Shown: piece by piece, positions 26,277 to 38,554 of the stretch | Layout: every line of letters starts with the position of its first letter | Position numbering within the stretch: position 1 is the stretch's first letter | Source of the DNA: Eledone cirrhosa | Lineage: Eukaryota | Direction of reading: 5' to 3' | NCBI GenBank assembly: GCA_964016885.1 | Contig: OZ024741.1 | Span: 51,832,001-51,896,000, forward strand | Length of the DNA: 64,000 nucleotides | Position numbers and translations under genes: made by a program | The notes under the pieces: model-generated | What the model was told of the DNA's origin: nothing | The model's input: only the letters and a program-made list of their open reading frames with translations | Databases searched by the model: none

Positions 26277-27557
26277 CAATATAAACAGTCTTATAAATAA
26301 ATAGATACGACATACCTTTCAATCACCTTGCATTTGGGAGGTTGATTTGGCAGTAAAAAATATTGTGGACAGTTGTAAAAAGAAAGAGAAAAAGAAAGAA
26401 AGAAAGAGAAACGAAGAAAAAGAAGAAATGCATGTGACTAAATAGAGAGATATAGAAAGATAGATAAAGAGAAGAACTTCATGTAAAGAAACAGAGAGAA
26501 ATATATATAGAGAGAGGAAAAAAGAAAGAGATAGATAGAGATAGATAGAGAAACTAGGAAGTTGAGTATCGGTTGATACATTTATTTATTTATTTATTTA
26601 TTTATTTAGCTCTAGTATTAATGTAAAGAGAGATGTATGTAGTTAAGAGAGAAAATAGCCGTTATATAGAGAGAAAAAAGAGAAAATGAAAAAGAGAAAA
26701 TGAAAAATAACCAGACATAAACGAGGTAGAATTTAAAAACGCTATGTTTCATCCTGTAGAAAATATTAGTTCGTATAAAACAGGCATTATAATGTAAATA
26801 TCAGTATTCATGAATGAGACATGTATCTATAATGTGTGAAAAGTAATGATCTTATGTCTAGTTTTTAAAAATTCATATGTTTATATCATAATTATAAACA
26901 AACTCCCAATTCACACGAAAACATTCTCATTGTGCTATAAAAATTCAAGTATACATATATGTGTGTATATATACACATATATATAGAGTCTATATTAATT
27001 TTAACAATACTATTCTTGTCTTTACTCTACATGATTGTCGATCAAGCAGAAATAGAGAACAGATTTCAATATATTAATAAAAATAAAAATAAAAATATCA
27101 GAGACAAGAAAATAAATAAATAAACAGAAAACTAAAACATTTAATATTAAAAATAAAAAATATTACAAAATATTAAAAAATAATAAAAATAAAACATAGT
27201 ATGCCACGCAAATCGGCCACAGAGATCAGCCTTTCAAAGTTAATTGACAATATATTGCCAAGTTCATCATAAGCATCAGAGTCGAAACAGATAAAACAAA
27301 AATTGTTTACCAAATCCTGTCTAGCAGAAATCATTCCAAAAGTTTAGGATACCCATTTGGTCTACATATGTTCTTATATTTAATATAGAAGTTTATCTAG
27401 TGTAAAATTTAATTCGATATATTTGGAGCATCAGCTTTTAGGGTAGTTTAATTATTCATGAAGAATGTTTTAATAAAAAGAATGTTTTAATAAAAAGAAG
27501 AAATCGAAAGATTTATCGGCTAGTTTCATAAATAATTACAAATCAAATCAAACATAA

Positions 27558-29171
27558 CTACATTTTAAATTTAAATTTATATTTAAACGTTGAGTTCAAT
27601 CTATGTCTGCAGCAACTGAATAAATTTGTCCGTAGATTAAGGGAATTTTTAGATTTTAGTATAAAGAATATCTCCTCCGTACAGAGGTCACATGTCTCAG
27701 AGGATGAATTAAAAGGAATCCCCCTTGAAACTATATTCCAAGTCGTCGAATATCTAACGTTATCATGCCTAAGTTGCCAGAGTACGCCTGATAGTGCTGT
27801 TGAAGATTTTTGGATGGATCTGTGAAAGAATTCTTGTGGTTGTTATAGCGAAGTTTAAATTCCGTCGATGTAGAACCAACGTAGTTAAAAGAATTAACGT
27901 CCGTTTTAACATTACAGTTGTATATTATATTTTTAACTAAGCAGTTGTTATTTAACGGACATTTAGATCTATCTCTACAGTTACATTTGTTAACTTGAAT
28001 ATTATTTATGCTATTATCGCTAGGTTTTAAGTTCCTGTTATTTATTCTATTAATATTTTGCGCTAAATTTTTGGTGGATGAGTAGGTTAGTTTTATAGTA
28101 TGTCTATTGAAAATTGAGTGATACCTATGTGTTCTAGGGAAGCGATTATCAAGAGCTTTAAAAAATAGTTTAGCAATGTGGGTTTTAATGTTTAGTGAGA
28201 AAGGGGGGCAAACCATATATTCCTAGTTCTATTTCTTTTATGGCTTTTGGAATTATTGTAATGCTTTCTATTATAGTTGTTAAGGTTGTGGCCGTAATTA
28301 AAATAGTTGTTATTTAGTTTAATTTGTTTATCATTATCTATGTACATAATTTTATCACTATATCCTGCTCTAGCTAACGCTTCATTGTAATAATGGGCTT
28401 TTTCGTCGAAAATCTTTTTATTAGATGAGATTCTAGAGATACGTGATTGAACAGAGTTTACTATAGTATTTTTAACAGATCTGGGGTGGTTAGAGTTAAA
28501 GCTGACATAGTTTAAGTTTTCATTCAACTTGTGAAATGGATAGTGAAGACATGTGTTGAGATTTAATGTTATATCTAGGAAGTTGACTATTCTATGGTTA
28601 TTCTCAATTTCTATTTTTAGATTAAAGTGATTAAAAAATTGTGTAATTTGTTTTCTTTTTCTATTTAGTTCAGAGTTATTATTATCAATAATTAAAAGCA
28701 TGTCATCTCTATATAAACCTCCGGTAGTACCAGGTATTTTCCTATGCAGCGAATTGATTAAAAATAAGCCCACAAGGTCAGTTACCTGAGCTGAGTCGGA
28801 TGATCCCATAGTAATGTCAAAATTGTTATCTCTATCTGCTCGGGTCCATAGTTGGTCATTAAATTCTATCAATGTTTTCCTAGCCGATAATATAATGTGC
28901 ATTTCATTGCTAGTTAGGTCTGTATGTTTGAATGCGTAATTTAGTGCCTTATTTAGTAGATTAGGGGTAATGGAAGAATAATAGTTAGCAATATCAAGTT
29001 GAATAAACTTATTATTATTGTTATATTTAATTTGCTTAAACCACTCAACAACCTCACCAGTTCCCTTCCACAAGCTCAGGTTAGGTAAACAACTCAAGTT
29101 TTTAATTTGCTGTATCACCCTGTCAAGAATGTTTTTGCTTAGTTTACCCAGGTCCGATTTTGATGGTGCAA
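27558..29171 (-). pseudogene. Penelope (Naiad-type) RT-GIY-YIG ORF, two frameshifts (about 28200 and about 27810)
   Basis: QLDIANYYSSI, ITMGS, LYRDD, NFLDITL, SNHP; linker CNCRDRSKCPL (CxCx5C); IIY..YVGST..FKLRYNNH. After frame correction: STALSGVLWQLR..W.IV..CDLCTEE..LNLR..CRHR, stop at 27558. Confidence 0.88.
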
Positions 29172-29290
29172 TCTTTTTCTCTTTCTTTTTACAACTGTCC
29201 ACAATATTTTTTACTGCCAAATCAACCTCCCAAATGCAAGGTGATTGAAAGGTATGTCGTATCTATTTATTTATAAGACTGTTTATATTG

Positions 29291-29356
29291 TATTTTGTCT
29301 GAAGAAGGCATAACATATTGTTAATATGATATCCCTGAAATATATATAACGAAATA
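29291..29356 (+). ncRNA. Hammerhead ribozyme in the inverted pLTR copy
   Basis: Reverse complement of 26211-26276; CTGAAGA at 29299-29305, GAAA at 29337-29340. Confidence 0.8.
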
Positions 29357-29796
29357 AATATGGTTTTATAAATATAGTTTCCATTTATTTAATATCATAA
29401 ATATACTCCAAATACTTGTTGAGTGCTTTTATATCAGTTATAAATATTTACTCGTTGTTAACCCAACAATTTAAATATAACTTTCCATATATATATATAT
29501 ATATATATATTCGTATGTATGTGTATATGTATATTTGAATGTGTGTATGTCTGTATATATATATATATATATATGTATAAGTATGTACACGTACATACAT
29601 ATATGTATACAGACGTACAGTAGTATGTATATATATATATATATATATATACATACATGCACACATATATATATATGTACGTATGGATTCACCGAACATT
29701 TATTATAATGCTCGGTGTGTTTGTAAACAAACATCCCGTATTAAGCCGTAGTGTCTAGCAACCATCGTTGCTCGTTTATTCAACACTGACAAAGGA

Positions 29797-29839
29797 ACGC
29801 TGTACTAGTTTCAAGCTTATTAGCTATCGTCAGCAACGT
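29797..29839 (-). ncRNA. Minimal hammerhead ribozyme in a short non-coding repeat (about 29680-29930)
   Basis: acgttg-CTGACGA-t-agct-aata-agct-t-GAAA-cta-GTA-cagcgt; 6-bp stem I, ACTAGT palindromic stem III. Confidence 0.78.
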
Positions 29840-30501
29840 ATACCTTCCTGTCAGATTGTTGAACGTATATACTTACCTTATGCATATTAACGGCTGAGTA
29901 GCCCAATTTGCATATCGAGTGGGTTAATGTATAAGACAACATTAACAGAGTAGCAATATAATGGGCAAGTTAATACAGAGGTTAAGGAGGTAATATATAT
30001 ATATATATACATACATACACACAAACATATATATATATATATACATACACATATATACATACATATAAAGAAAAAACATGCTGACTATAATTATAACAGG
30101 GTTGCTACTGTTAATGTTGTCTTATACATGTATGTTATTGATGATGAGAAAGCTAGACAACCCTTTCATCTAATATAGACCAGACAAATATTACTATCCT
30201 CATACAGTGATAAATTCTTCATCTGTCAGATAATAAATGATTCTTACGGCCACCAGACCTACATTGTTTAAAGCCACCGGCTTATCTTTACACTATATAT
30301 AATACACCCCATGACAGCTTTTACATGTCAATTTTATACATGTCAGCTAGTTTTACACGCTAAAATCGTAGATATACTATACTTCCCACCTAGATTGATG
30401 TTGTGATTATTTCAAATAATTTATTGCTAGCATTGTTAGTTAGTATTGTTGTTATTGTTCTGATTGAATGCCATGCCTGTATATTCTTTTCATTCTCACA
30501 A

Positions 30502-30607
30502 GCTCCGATGAATTGACTGGTTATAACTTTGTATTGGTGATCGAATAACGTGAAAACAAGCGGGTAGCGATCTCTAGACCTAACAGTTCAGAGAAACAAT
30601 TGTCAGC
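30502..30607 (+). ncRNA. Possible decayed hammerhead (CCGATGA core, long stem II)
   Basis: gct-CCGATGA...tgactg/cagttca and gatcg/cgatc pairings...GAAA-caatt-GTC-agc; core U4 is mutated. Confidence 0.4.
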
Positions 30608-30833
30608 AATGAGATTAAAAACCTTTTTTGTATAGCAAACCGTGTCACTCTTCTTTCCTGATTTATCATTACTCCAAGTGTTTACAACATAGGAATTACA
30701 GCGTACTCGCAACATCACTATGGAAACGTCTTGTTGAGTCAAACTTAGCCAAGCGTTGATATCATCCACTACCCGGAGTACCATAACTGGACTACACTTA
30801 AGTGGACTACCTATAACAATAATTTGTTACCCC

Positions 30834-30926
<93 letters not shown>

Positions 30927-30939
30927 TGTTTATATCTTT

Positions 30940-31140
30940 GATAACTTTCATAGGTTTTGGCCAGTATAGGCCCAGGCCATGTCTAACTTAATAGCACCAC
31001 CTGGCGAAGACTTTCAAATCAAGATTTGGACTCCGTGGCCCACTCAAGTAGAGAGTTATTGTTTACAGACACATATCCGGGTGTAGGTTTTCTTGGAGGA
31101 ATTTGTCCAAAGATTTCTTGAACTTCTCGACTTCTTGAAT
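30940..31140 (-). mobile_element. CR1/L2-group LINE 3' end
   Basis: Homologous to 32135-32335 and 53130-53410. Confidence 0.75.
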
Positions 31141-31504
31141 GAAAAGAGATTGGAGAAAATTGAAGAGCTTACATTTCTGATTCAACAACAATTCAGCAGT
31201 AAAGTTAGATAAATTCTGGCTTAGTACCCTACAAAGTTTATTTTATATTTGTGGAGAGAATAGGGGGGGGGGGTGTAAGCATATTAACAATGTATGAGAG
31301 GGATTCTAGAAGGGTCCATCAGATTTAGGCATATTAAAATGTGTGAGAGATAATAAATAACACAAAAAGGTATGGACAGAATGAAGTTCTAAGAGAGAAA
31401 AGATTAGAATCTAGAAGGGTCTAATATGATAAAATTTTAAAGTTTTAACAATAGCTATAATACGTAATTCCGAGAGACAATAGAACAGTTTAAATATTTG
31501 TGTC

Positions 31505-31675
31505 TACTTTAGGCACAAGGCCAGCAATTACCCAGTTCATTACTGGTACTTTATTTTATCGACCCCGTAAGGATGAAAGGCAAAGTCAACCTCGGCGGGA
31601 TTTGAACTCAGATCGTAAAGGGACGTAACTATACTGGAAAGCATGGCGTCCGACCCTCTACCGATACTGCCATTG
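31505..31675 (-). mobile_element. Meta-domain-like tRNA SINE
   Basis: Same family as 20080-20270. Confidence 0.8.
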
Positions 31676-31945
31676 ATGGCCAGGTGGACTATGAAAGGAG
31701 AGACGAGAAAATTGAAGAGTTTATATTTCTGATTCAACAACAATTATTCAGTAAAGTTAGATAAATTCTGGCTTAGTACCCTACAAAGTTTATTTTATAT
31801 TTGCGGAGAGAAGGGGGGATGTAAGCATATTAACAATGTATGAGAGGGATTCTAGAAGGGTACATCAGAATTTAAGCATATACATATGTATATATATATA
31901 TATGTATGTATAAATATATATATAGAGATATTTATGTACATGTAG

Positions 31946-31986
<41 letters not shown>

Positions 31987-32129
31987 TATATATATATGTG
32001 TGTTTATATATATATGTGTGTTTATATATGTATGTATATATATATGTATGTATATATATATATATATGTATGTATGTATATATATATATATGTATATTTA
32101 CATATATATATATGTGTATATATGTAACT

Positions 32130-32998
32130 TTAACTTTGATAATTTTGATAGGTTTTGGCCAGTATAGACCCAGGCCATGTCTAACTTAATAGCACTACTT
32201 GGCGAAATCTTTCAAATCAGGATTTGGACACCATGGCCCACTCAAGTAGAGAGTTATTGTTTACAGAGACATATCCAGGTGTAGGAGGTTTATCCGGGAT
32301 TTCTTGAAGGAATTTGTCCAAAGTCTTCTTGAATTTATGGTGTCTGTTTCTGTTAAAGAGAGTGGGGCCAATTGAGGTGAAATAATTGTGCCGCATTGTT
32401 GTTATGAGATGCAAGTTTTTGTTGTGGGCGGAAAGCATGGGGCTCAAGCCATGAAGGGGATGCCAACATCATTTGGGCAATGCTGATGGAATATTTTCCA
32501 CATCATGCAGATAATGTAGCGCTCGTGGCGGCATTGGAGAGAATAAAGTTTGAGCTTTTCTATTCAACCCCCAATAGTCAAGGCACGTCATGCCTTCTAT
32601 CTTTTTTGTAATTGACCTTTGGGGTGCTTCAACTTTCATGATACTTTGTTTCAGGTGAGGAGACCACAGTGGACAACAGTATTCAAGGTAGGATCGGGCA
32701 AAAGTGAAGAGAAGGATAATGGTGTGGATATCTCTTGACTGGAAAGTTCTGAGAATCCAGGAACACATTCTGCGAGACATGTCAATCTTGCTGTTTATGA
32801 GAGTGGCCCAGCTTATGTTGTTGTCCACAATTACTTCCAAGTCTCTAATGTTGTTGGATGCCATGAGAGTTTCACCCAAATGAAGGGAGTTTGGGAGTTT
32901 CAGTACATCCTCTTTTCCAAAGTGGATTAACTCAAATTTATCCTCGTTCAGCACCATATTGTTCTTTTCCATCCATTGGATAACTGCCAGTAGGTCTC
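32130..32998 (-). mobile_element. CR1/L2-group LINE, 3' ~870 bp
   Basis: NNMVLNEDKFELIHFG, WILRTFQSRD, LEYCCPLWSPH, FKKTLDKFLQEIPDKP..NSL. Confidence 0.85.
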
Positions 32999-33029
32999 AC
33001 TGAAGGCATGTCTGGTCACCCACTTCATT

Positions 33030-34390
33030 GCTCACCAAACTAAAACTGAGCCCTAAAAATAACACTTGCTTTAACACATATCCTAACTTAACGCTAACAT
33101 TAACCTGAACACTAACATGGAAACTAACATGAAAACTAACACTACCATAAACACTAACGCTAACAATACCGCTGACAATAATGTTAACACTAACGCTAAC
33201 TCTACCACTAACACTAACGCTAACTCTACCACTAACACTAACGCTAACTCTACCACTAACACTAACGCTAACAATACCACTAACACTACCTCTAATGCTA
33301 ACACTAATGCTAATACTAATGCTAATACTAACTCTAACACAAACGCTAATGCTAACACTAATGCTAAAGCTAACTCTAACACTAATGCTAAAGCTAACTC
33401 TAACACTAATGCTAATGCTAACTCTAACACTAACACTAATGCTAACTCTAACTCTAATGCTAACACTAACGCTAATTCTGACACTAACAATACCGCTGAC
33501 AATAATGCTAACACCAACACTAACACTAACTCTACCGCTAACACTAACGCTAACAATACCACTAACTCTACTTCTAACACTAATGCTAACACTAACGCTC
33601 ACTCTAACACTAATAGTAACGCTAACGCTAATGCTAACAATAACGCTAATGCTAACACTAATGCTTACATTAACGCTAACACTAACGCTAACGCTAACAC
33701 TAACGCTAACACTAACACTAACGCTAACGCTAACACTAACTCTAACACTAACTCTAACACTAACTCTAACACTAACTCTAACACAAACGGTAACTCTAAC
33801 ACTAATGCTAATGTTAACTATAACGCTAACTCTAACATTAACACTAATGCTAACGCTAACACTAACACTAATGCTAACGCTAACACTAACGCTAACTCTA
33901 ATGCTAACACTAACACTAACTCTAACGCTAACAATACCACTGACACTAATACTAACACCAACACTAACGCTAACGCTAACTCTAACGCTAACCCTAACGC
34001 TAACCCTAACGCCAACTCTAACACTAACACTAATTCTAACACTAATGCTAACGCCAACACTACCACTAACACTAATGCTAACATTTACGCTAATACTAAT
34101 GCTAACAGTAATACTAATGCTAACAGTAACAGTAACACTAACACTACTGCTACTACTAACACTACTGCTAACAGTAACAGTAACACTAACAATGCCGCTA
34201 ACACTAACCCTAATGATAATACTCCTGCTACCACTAACACTACTGCTACCACTAACACTAATGTTAACAGTAACACTAATGCTAACAATAATGCTAACAG
34301 TGACAGGAACACTGTCACTAACAATAAACCTGCCATTAACAGTAAAACTTACACTAACCCTAAATCTAACACTAATCCAGGGAAAAAAGT
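33030..34390. repeat. (ACTAAC/GCTAAC/TCTAAC)n hexamer satellite
   Basis: Read directly; paralogous to 10020-13900 including the downstream flank. Confidence 0.92.
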
Positions 34391-35209
34391 TGATTGCTAT
34401 CAACTTTGAAGTCACTCTTTAAGATATAAAAGATAGACATTACATGTTAATGATTTTAATTTAAAGAGAATCACACAATAACACAGCACACCACACTAAC
34501 CTACACAACACCAAACCAGATTATATCATACCCCGGTAAATTTATAGAACAACATGTTTTCTGTTTGAAAAGTTTTCTTTCCATTTTTTCTTTCCATTTT
34601 TTTATGACTGCCAAGATGCTCGCAATTGACAATTTTCTTCACATACTATCAATGAATATGACTTTCAAACCATTTGAAAATGACTAGCTTTGTAGAAAAA
34701 AGAGGGTGGAATGGGGGTAGAAAAACTATTCACAAAGCTAGTTGTTTTTGGTTGGAGTGGAAATCATATTTGTTGTTAATATGCTCAAAATAGTCAACTG
34801 CGAGCATCTTGAAGGTTGGATTAGTTGATAGTACATAAAAAACAAAGGAAAAATGTTTTTTTCTGATTTAAATCAAAGTACAAATAAAAGTCCTTATATT
34901 AGAGCAATCACTATGTATTCTACTGCATTAGTTAGTAGTTATATCTCTTTTGTTGCGGTTTGGGGTTATGTTATGGCTATTGTTAGGACATTGGAGGATT
35001 TTAGAGCGGTCCTATGTTTGCTGGTTTATCGTTAGTGTTAATATTAGCCGGGATTTGCATTTAGGGGTTAGCTCCTCCTTCCATAATAAATATGTTATTT
35101 TTACAGAGATCATGAGTGTGTGTGTGTGCCAGTAGCTCTGCTCGTGTACTAGCTTGGTGTGCAACGAGTCATTCAACCTTTGCTATCAAGGAGAAGGAAT
35201 GTTAAATAA

Positions 35210-35392
35210 TAATTGTTTCTACTTTTGGTACAAGGCCAGCAATTACCCAGTACATTACTGGTACTTTATTTTATAAACCCTATAAGGATGAAAGGCAAAG
35301 TTAACCTCAACGGGATTTGAACTCAGACCGTAAAGGGACGTAACTATGCTAGAAAGCATGGCGTCCAACCCTCTACCGATACTGCCAATTCA
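35210..35392 (-). mobile_element. Meta-domain-like tRNA SINE
   Basis: Same family as 20080-20270. Confidence 0.8.
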
Positions 35393-35511
35393 CATTAAAT
35401 AACAATAACATAAATATGTGTATGTGTGCATACTTTATTCACTCATCTATCCATCTAGTGTAACTTACATGCATTACCACTTATCTATCCACCTACTCAT
35501 TTATTTAACCC

Positions 35512-35580
<69 letters not shown>

Positions 35581-35587
<7 letters not shown>

Positions 35588-36011
35588 TTAGAATTGGAGC
35601 TCTGAAATAGCAATATATATATGGATGTATATATAATGTATTTTGCAATACACTTTATGCTTAATTAAAAGCATTTTGAAGACCGTAAGCTATTGTTTTA
35701 AAGTAGTGACAAATTCACTCACTTTGATCTCAGCAAACAGGGGAGATAAGCCGACAAGACTTGTTTCGCTTTGGTTGAAGCTTATCAAGGCCAACTACCC
35801 CACCTGTCTGCTGAGATCATTGATGTTATATTCTTATAGAAATCTAGTAAATAATCAGGAGCTGATTATGCAGAGCGGTTGTTGGTCAGGCAGAAATTAA
35901 AAATTAGAATTGGAGCTGATAAATCAGGAGCTGATAAAGTGTATTGCAAAATACATTATATATACATCCATATATATATTGCTATTTCAGAGCTCCAATT
36001 CTAATTTTTAA
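35581..36011 (-). mobile_element. Non-coding HHR-bearing element with terminal inverted repeats of about 77 bp (pLTR-like with 5' inversion)
   Basis: 35581-35658 is the reverse complement of about 35934-36011; a short direct re-copy lies at 35898-35917; abuts (TA)n. Confidence 0.7.
35725..35819 (-). ncRNA. Full-length type I hammerhead ribozyme, U3-A8 core variant
   Basis: tgatctcagcagacagg..ggggtag-ttg-gcc-TTGATAA-gctt-caacca-aagc-GAAA-caagtctt-GTC-ggc-ttatctc..cctgtttgctgagatca; predicted cut between 35753 and 35752. Confidence 0.8.
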
Positions 36012-36019
36012 TTTCTACT

Positions 36020-36365
36020 AACTGCGAAGTTCTTATCTTCACTGGCGGCTCGCCTAACTGAGGTAACTGGTGATGCTCGTGACTGCACTTAATTGTTCAA
36101 GCGCATCAGCTTCACCCGAGGTAACGCTGCAAGTGTGCTGGCTTGCATAAAAAATTGAGAGGTTTCCCAGTACTCCCCACGATATTGTCATCTTTTGCTC
36201 TGGCAGTGGTTCATTTGTCCACCCCTTTCACCTGTCTTTTATAGTATGTTGTACTAGATGAATGTATTACCTGCTTGTGATTTTTTTCTTTTTCTCTTTC
36301 ATTTTTCCTTTCTACACGTAACATTATATTGAGGGTTACGCCTTAATAAAACCTACATTTTTTAA
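36020..36365 (+). mobile_element. CRE-clade non-LTR retrotransposon 3' end (RLE C-terminus and 3' UTR)
   Basis: FLSSLAARLTEVTGDARD...LFKRIS..RGNAASVL matches the CRE C-terminal pattern; AATAAA then (TA)n. Paralog at 53415-53790. Confidence 0.65.
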
Positions 36366-36374
36366 TATATATAT

Positions 36375-37800
36375 ACCTGGCATTTGTTGATCTGGAAAAA
36401 GCCTTCAACAGAGTGCCCCATGCTGTAATCTGGTGGGCTCTTAGAAAACTAGTAGATGAATGGCTTGTGAAAGCTGTACAAGCCATGTATAGGGGAGCAG
36501 TCAGCAAAGTTAGGGTTAACAATGATTATAGCGAGGAATTTAGCATACAGGTTGGTGTCCACCAGCGCTCTGTTCTTAGCCCTCTCCTGTTTATTATAGT
36601 ATTGGGAACTTCTGAATGTGGATGATCTTACACTTATAGCTGAATCTATGGCGGAACTAGAGAAGAAATTCCAAACATGGAAGCAGGGACTAGAAAGAAG
36701 AGGTCTCAAAGTCAACCTGACAAAGACTAAGGTCCTTGTAAGTAGACGAGAAAACAGAACCCAGATCCCCCCAGGGAAATGGCCTTGCTCAGTATATAGG
36801 AAAGGTGTAGGTAGGAATTCCATCCTCTGCCCCAAATGCCCTATGGGTACACGAAATGTAGTGAGGTCTCAGCAAGCTTAGTTAAGCTGCACCGGGACAG
36901 TAAGCAGCAAATGGTCACAGGAAACAAGCACTACCAAACTCTGGGAGGGCTCTGTAGAAACAGTAGACAGCTTCCGCTACCTAGGTGACTGAATTAGCAG
37001 CGGAGGTGGGTGTTCTGAAAAGACAGTAACCAGGGTAAGAATGGGAGGGAAGAAATTCAGGGAGCTACCACCACTGCTAGTTGCAAAAGGCTTTCCCCTC
37101 AAAATGAAAGGCAGACAGTATGATGCGTGTATCCGAACAGCAATGTTACATGGTAGTGAGACCTGGGCGTTGTGTGTAGAAGACTTGCGTAGATTAGAAA
37201 GAAACAAAGCTTGCAAGCTCCGATGGATGTGTAATAGTAATATACGCGAACGGCAAAGCATAAAGAAATTGAGAGAGAGACTGAGCATAAGAGGAATCAA
37301 ATGCTGTGTGCAGGAGAGGCGGTTGCATTGGCATGGACATGTGATGCGTATGAAGAATGACGGCTGCATAGAAAGGTGCAGAGCACTAAAAGTCGATGGA
37401 AGACCTGGGATGCGGTGACAAAAGCTGACCTTTCCCAATTGAACTCCTCAAAGGCAATGACACAAGACCGAGACCTCTGGTGTTATGCAGTAATACAGAA
37501 GACCCAACTTCCCACTGGTACAAGCTGAAGCTGAAGCATATAGGCATTATGCCCCCCACTGCAAAGTGGTCGTGGAGATGTTACAACAAAAAAGCACACA
37601 GCCCACACTATAAAGTGGTTGTTTAGGCGCCACGGTAAAAAACGCACCCAGTGCTTACTGTAAATGAGGTTGGTGTTAGGAAGAGCATCCAGCTGTAGAA
37701 ATCAGTTCCCGTATGAGCAAGACATGGTCACCCTACAACAGGACAACCCATCTAACCCATGCTAGCATTCAAGAATGGCCGTAAAACCGTGATGATGATG
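36375..37800 (+). mobile_element. RTE-clade LINE 3' half with 3' UTR and (ATG)n tail
   Basis: AFVDLEKAF, GVHQ.SVLSPLLF, VDDL, GLKVNL.KTK, MLHGSETW, RRL.W.GHVMRM. Confidence 0.9.
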
Positions 37801-38522
37801 TATATATATGTATACATATTAATCCTCTTCCGACCACCGCTTCATGGATTACCCACACACAGAAATTGACTTATAACCAAATCTCCAAACATCCTTGGAA
37901 CTTACCAACTTTTCAACCATCCTCTTACATCATCACCTATATAACTCACCCACACACACACCCCAAAACATTTTTTTTCTCCACACGCCACCCACACCCA
38001 CAACACGCTTAAACCCCACACACACGTGCTTCCCACCACATATTTACACCCTCAGCCTCCTGATTCCTCTCCCCCCACCCCCTATCCACACACGCACAGA
38101 CACTCCGACCCACAAAAACACCCCCCACACACACCTCTTCCTGAACATGCAACCCCGTTCTTCCCCCAACCCTCACTTTCACATACACACACACACACAC
38201 ACACGCACACCTACACACACACACCACCTTCAGCCCTCCCCGCTCGGACACCCCGTCTCCCTCTCCCCACTCCACCCGCCACCACCCCTACTCACCCCAC
38301 ACCCTTCCACCACCTGTTTACCCCCCTTTTAATTTCAGTTTATTTTGATCATGCCTTTATTTTAAAATTTTCTCATTCCTTGTATTTTGATCATGCTTTA
38401 TTTTTATTTTTTATATTTTTTGTCTTTATTTGTTAATTTTTCATTCGCACCGTTTCCTTTCGCTATATGTCTCTCCACCACTCCCCTACACACCTTTTGA
38501 ACTCTGTTCCCACCCACTTCTC

Positions 38523-38554
38523 ACCTGAGGAAGGGCTTATGCCCGAAACGTCGT
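38523..38554 (+). ncRNA. Minimal hammerhead ribozyme (5' pLTR)
   Basis: CTGAGGA-a-gggc-ttat-gccc-GAAA-c-GTC; ACGT palindromic stem III typical of Penelope minimal HHRs. Confidence 0.8.

Larger units (their letters stand above)
26168..29399 (-). mobile_element. Penelope-like element, Naiad-type, 5'-truncated, with an inverted partial pLTR
   Basis: RT + GIY-YIG on the minus strand; 26168-26395 is the reverse complement of 29172-29399 (about 228 bp); 3' end abuts (TA)n. Confidence 0.9.

Noticed and set aside
27180-27300. Possible SECIS or second HHR in the Naiad 3' UTR
   Set aside because: No in-frame TGA in the surviving ORF, and the ATGA..GA stem spacing and pairing are unconvincing by eye; SECISearch would settle it.
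29172-29220. N-terminus MAVKNIVDSCKKKEKK of the 342-aa ORF
   Set aside because: Derived from the inverted pLTR fused to a truncated RT; not a real start.
32997-34422. ORFs of 400+ codons (NT-, LT- and VS-rich)
   Set aside because: The hexamer repeat lacks stops in most frames; no signal peptide, splice context or unique domain, so not called as CDS.
37895-38436. P/H/T-rich ORFs in the pLTRs and antisense G-rich ORFs over the Penelope element
   Set aside because: By-products of the extreme C bias; frames differ between the two pLTR copies.
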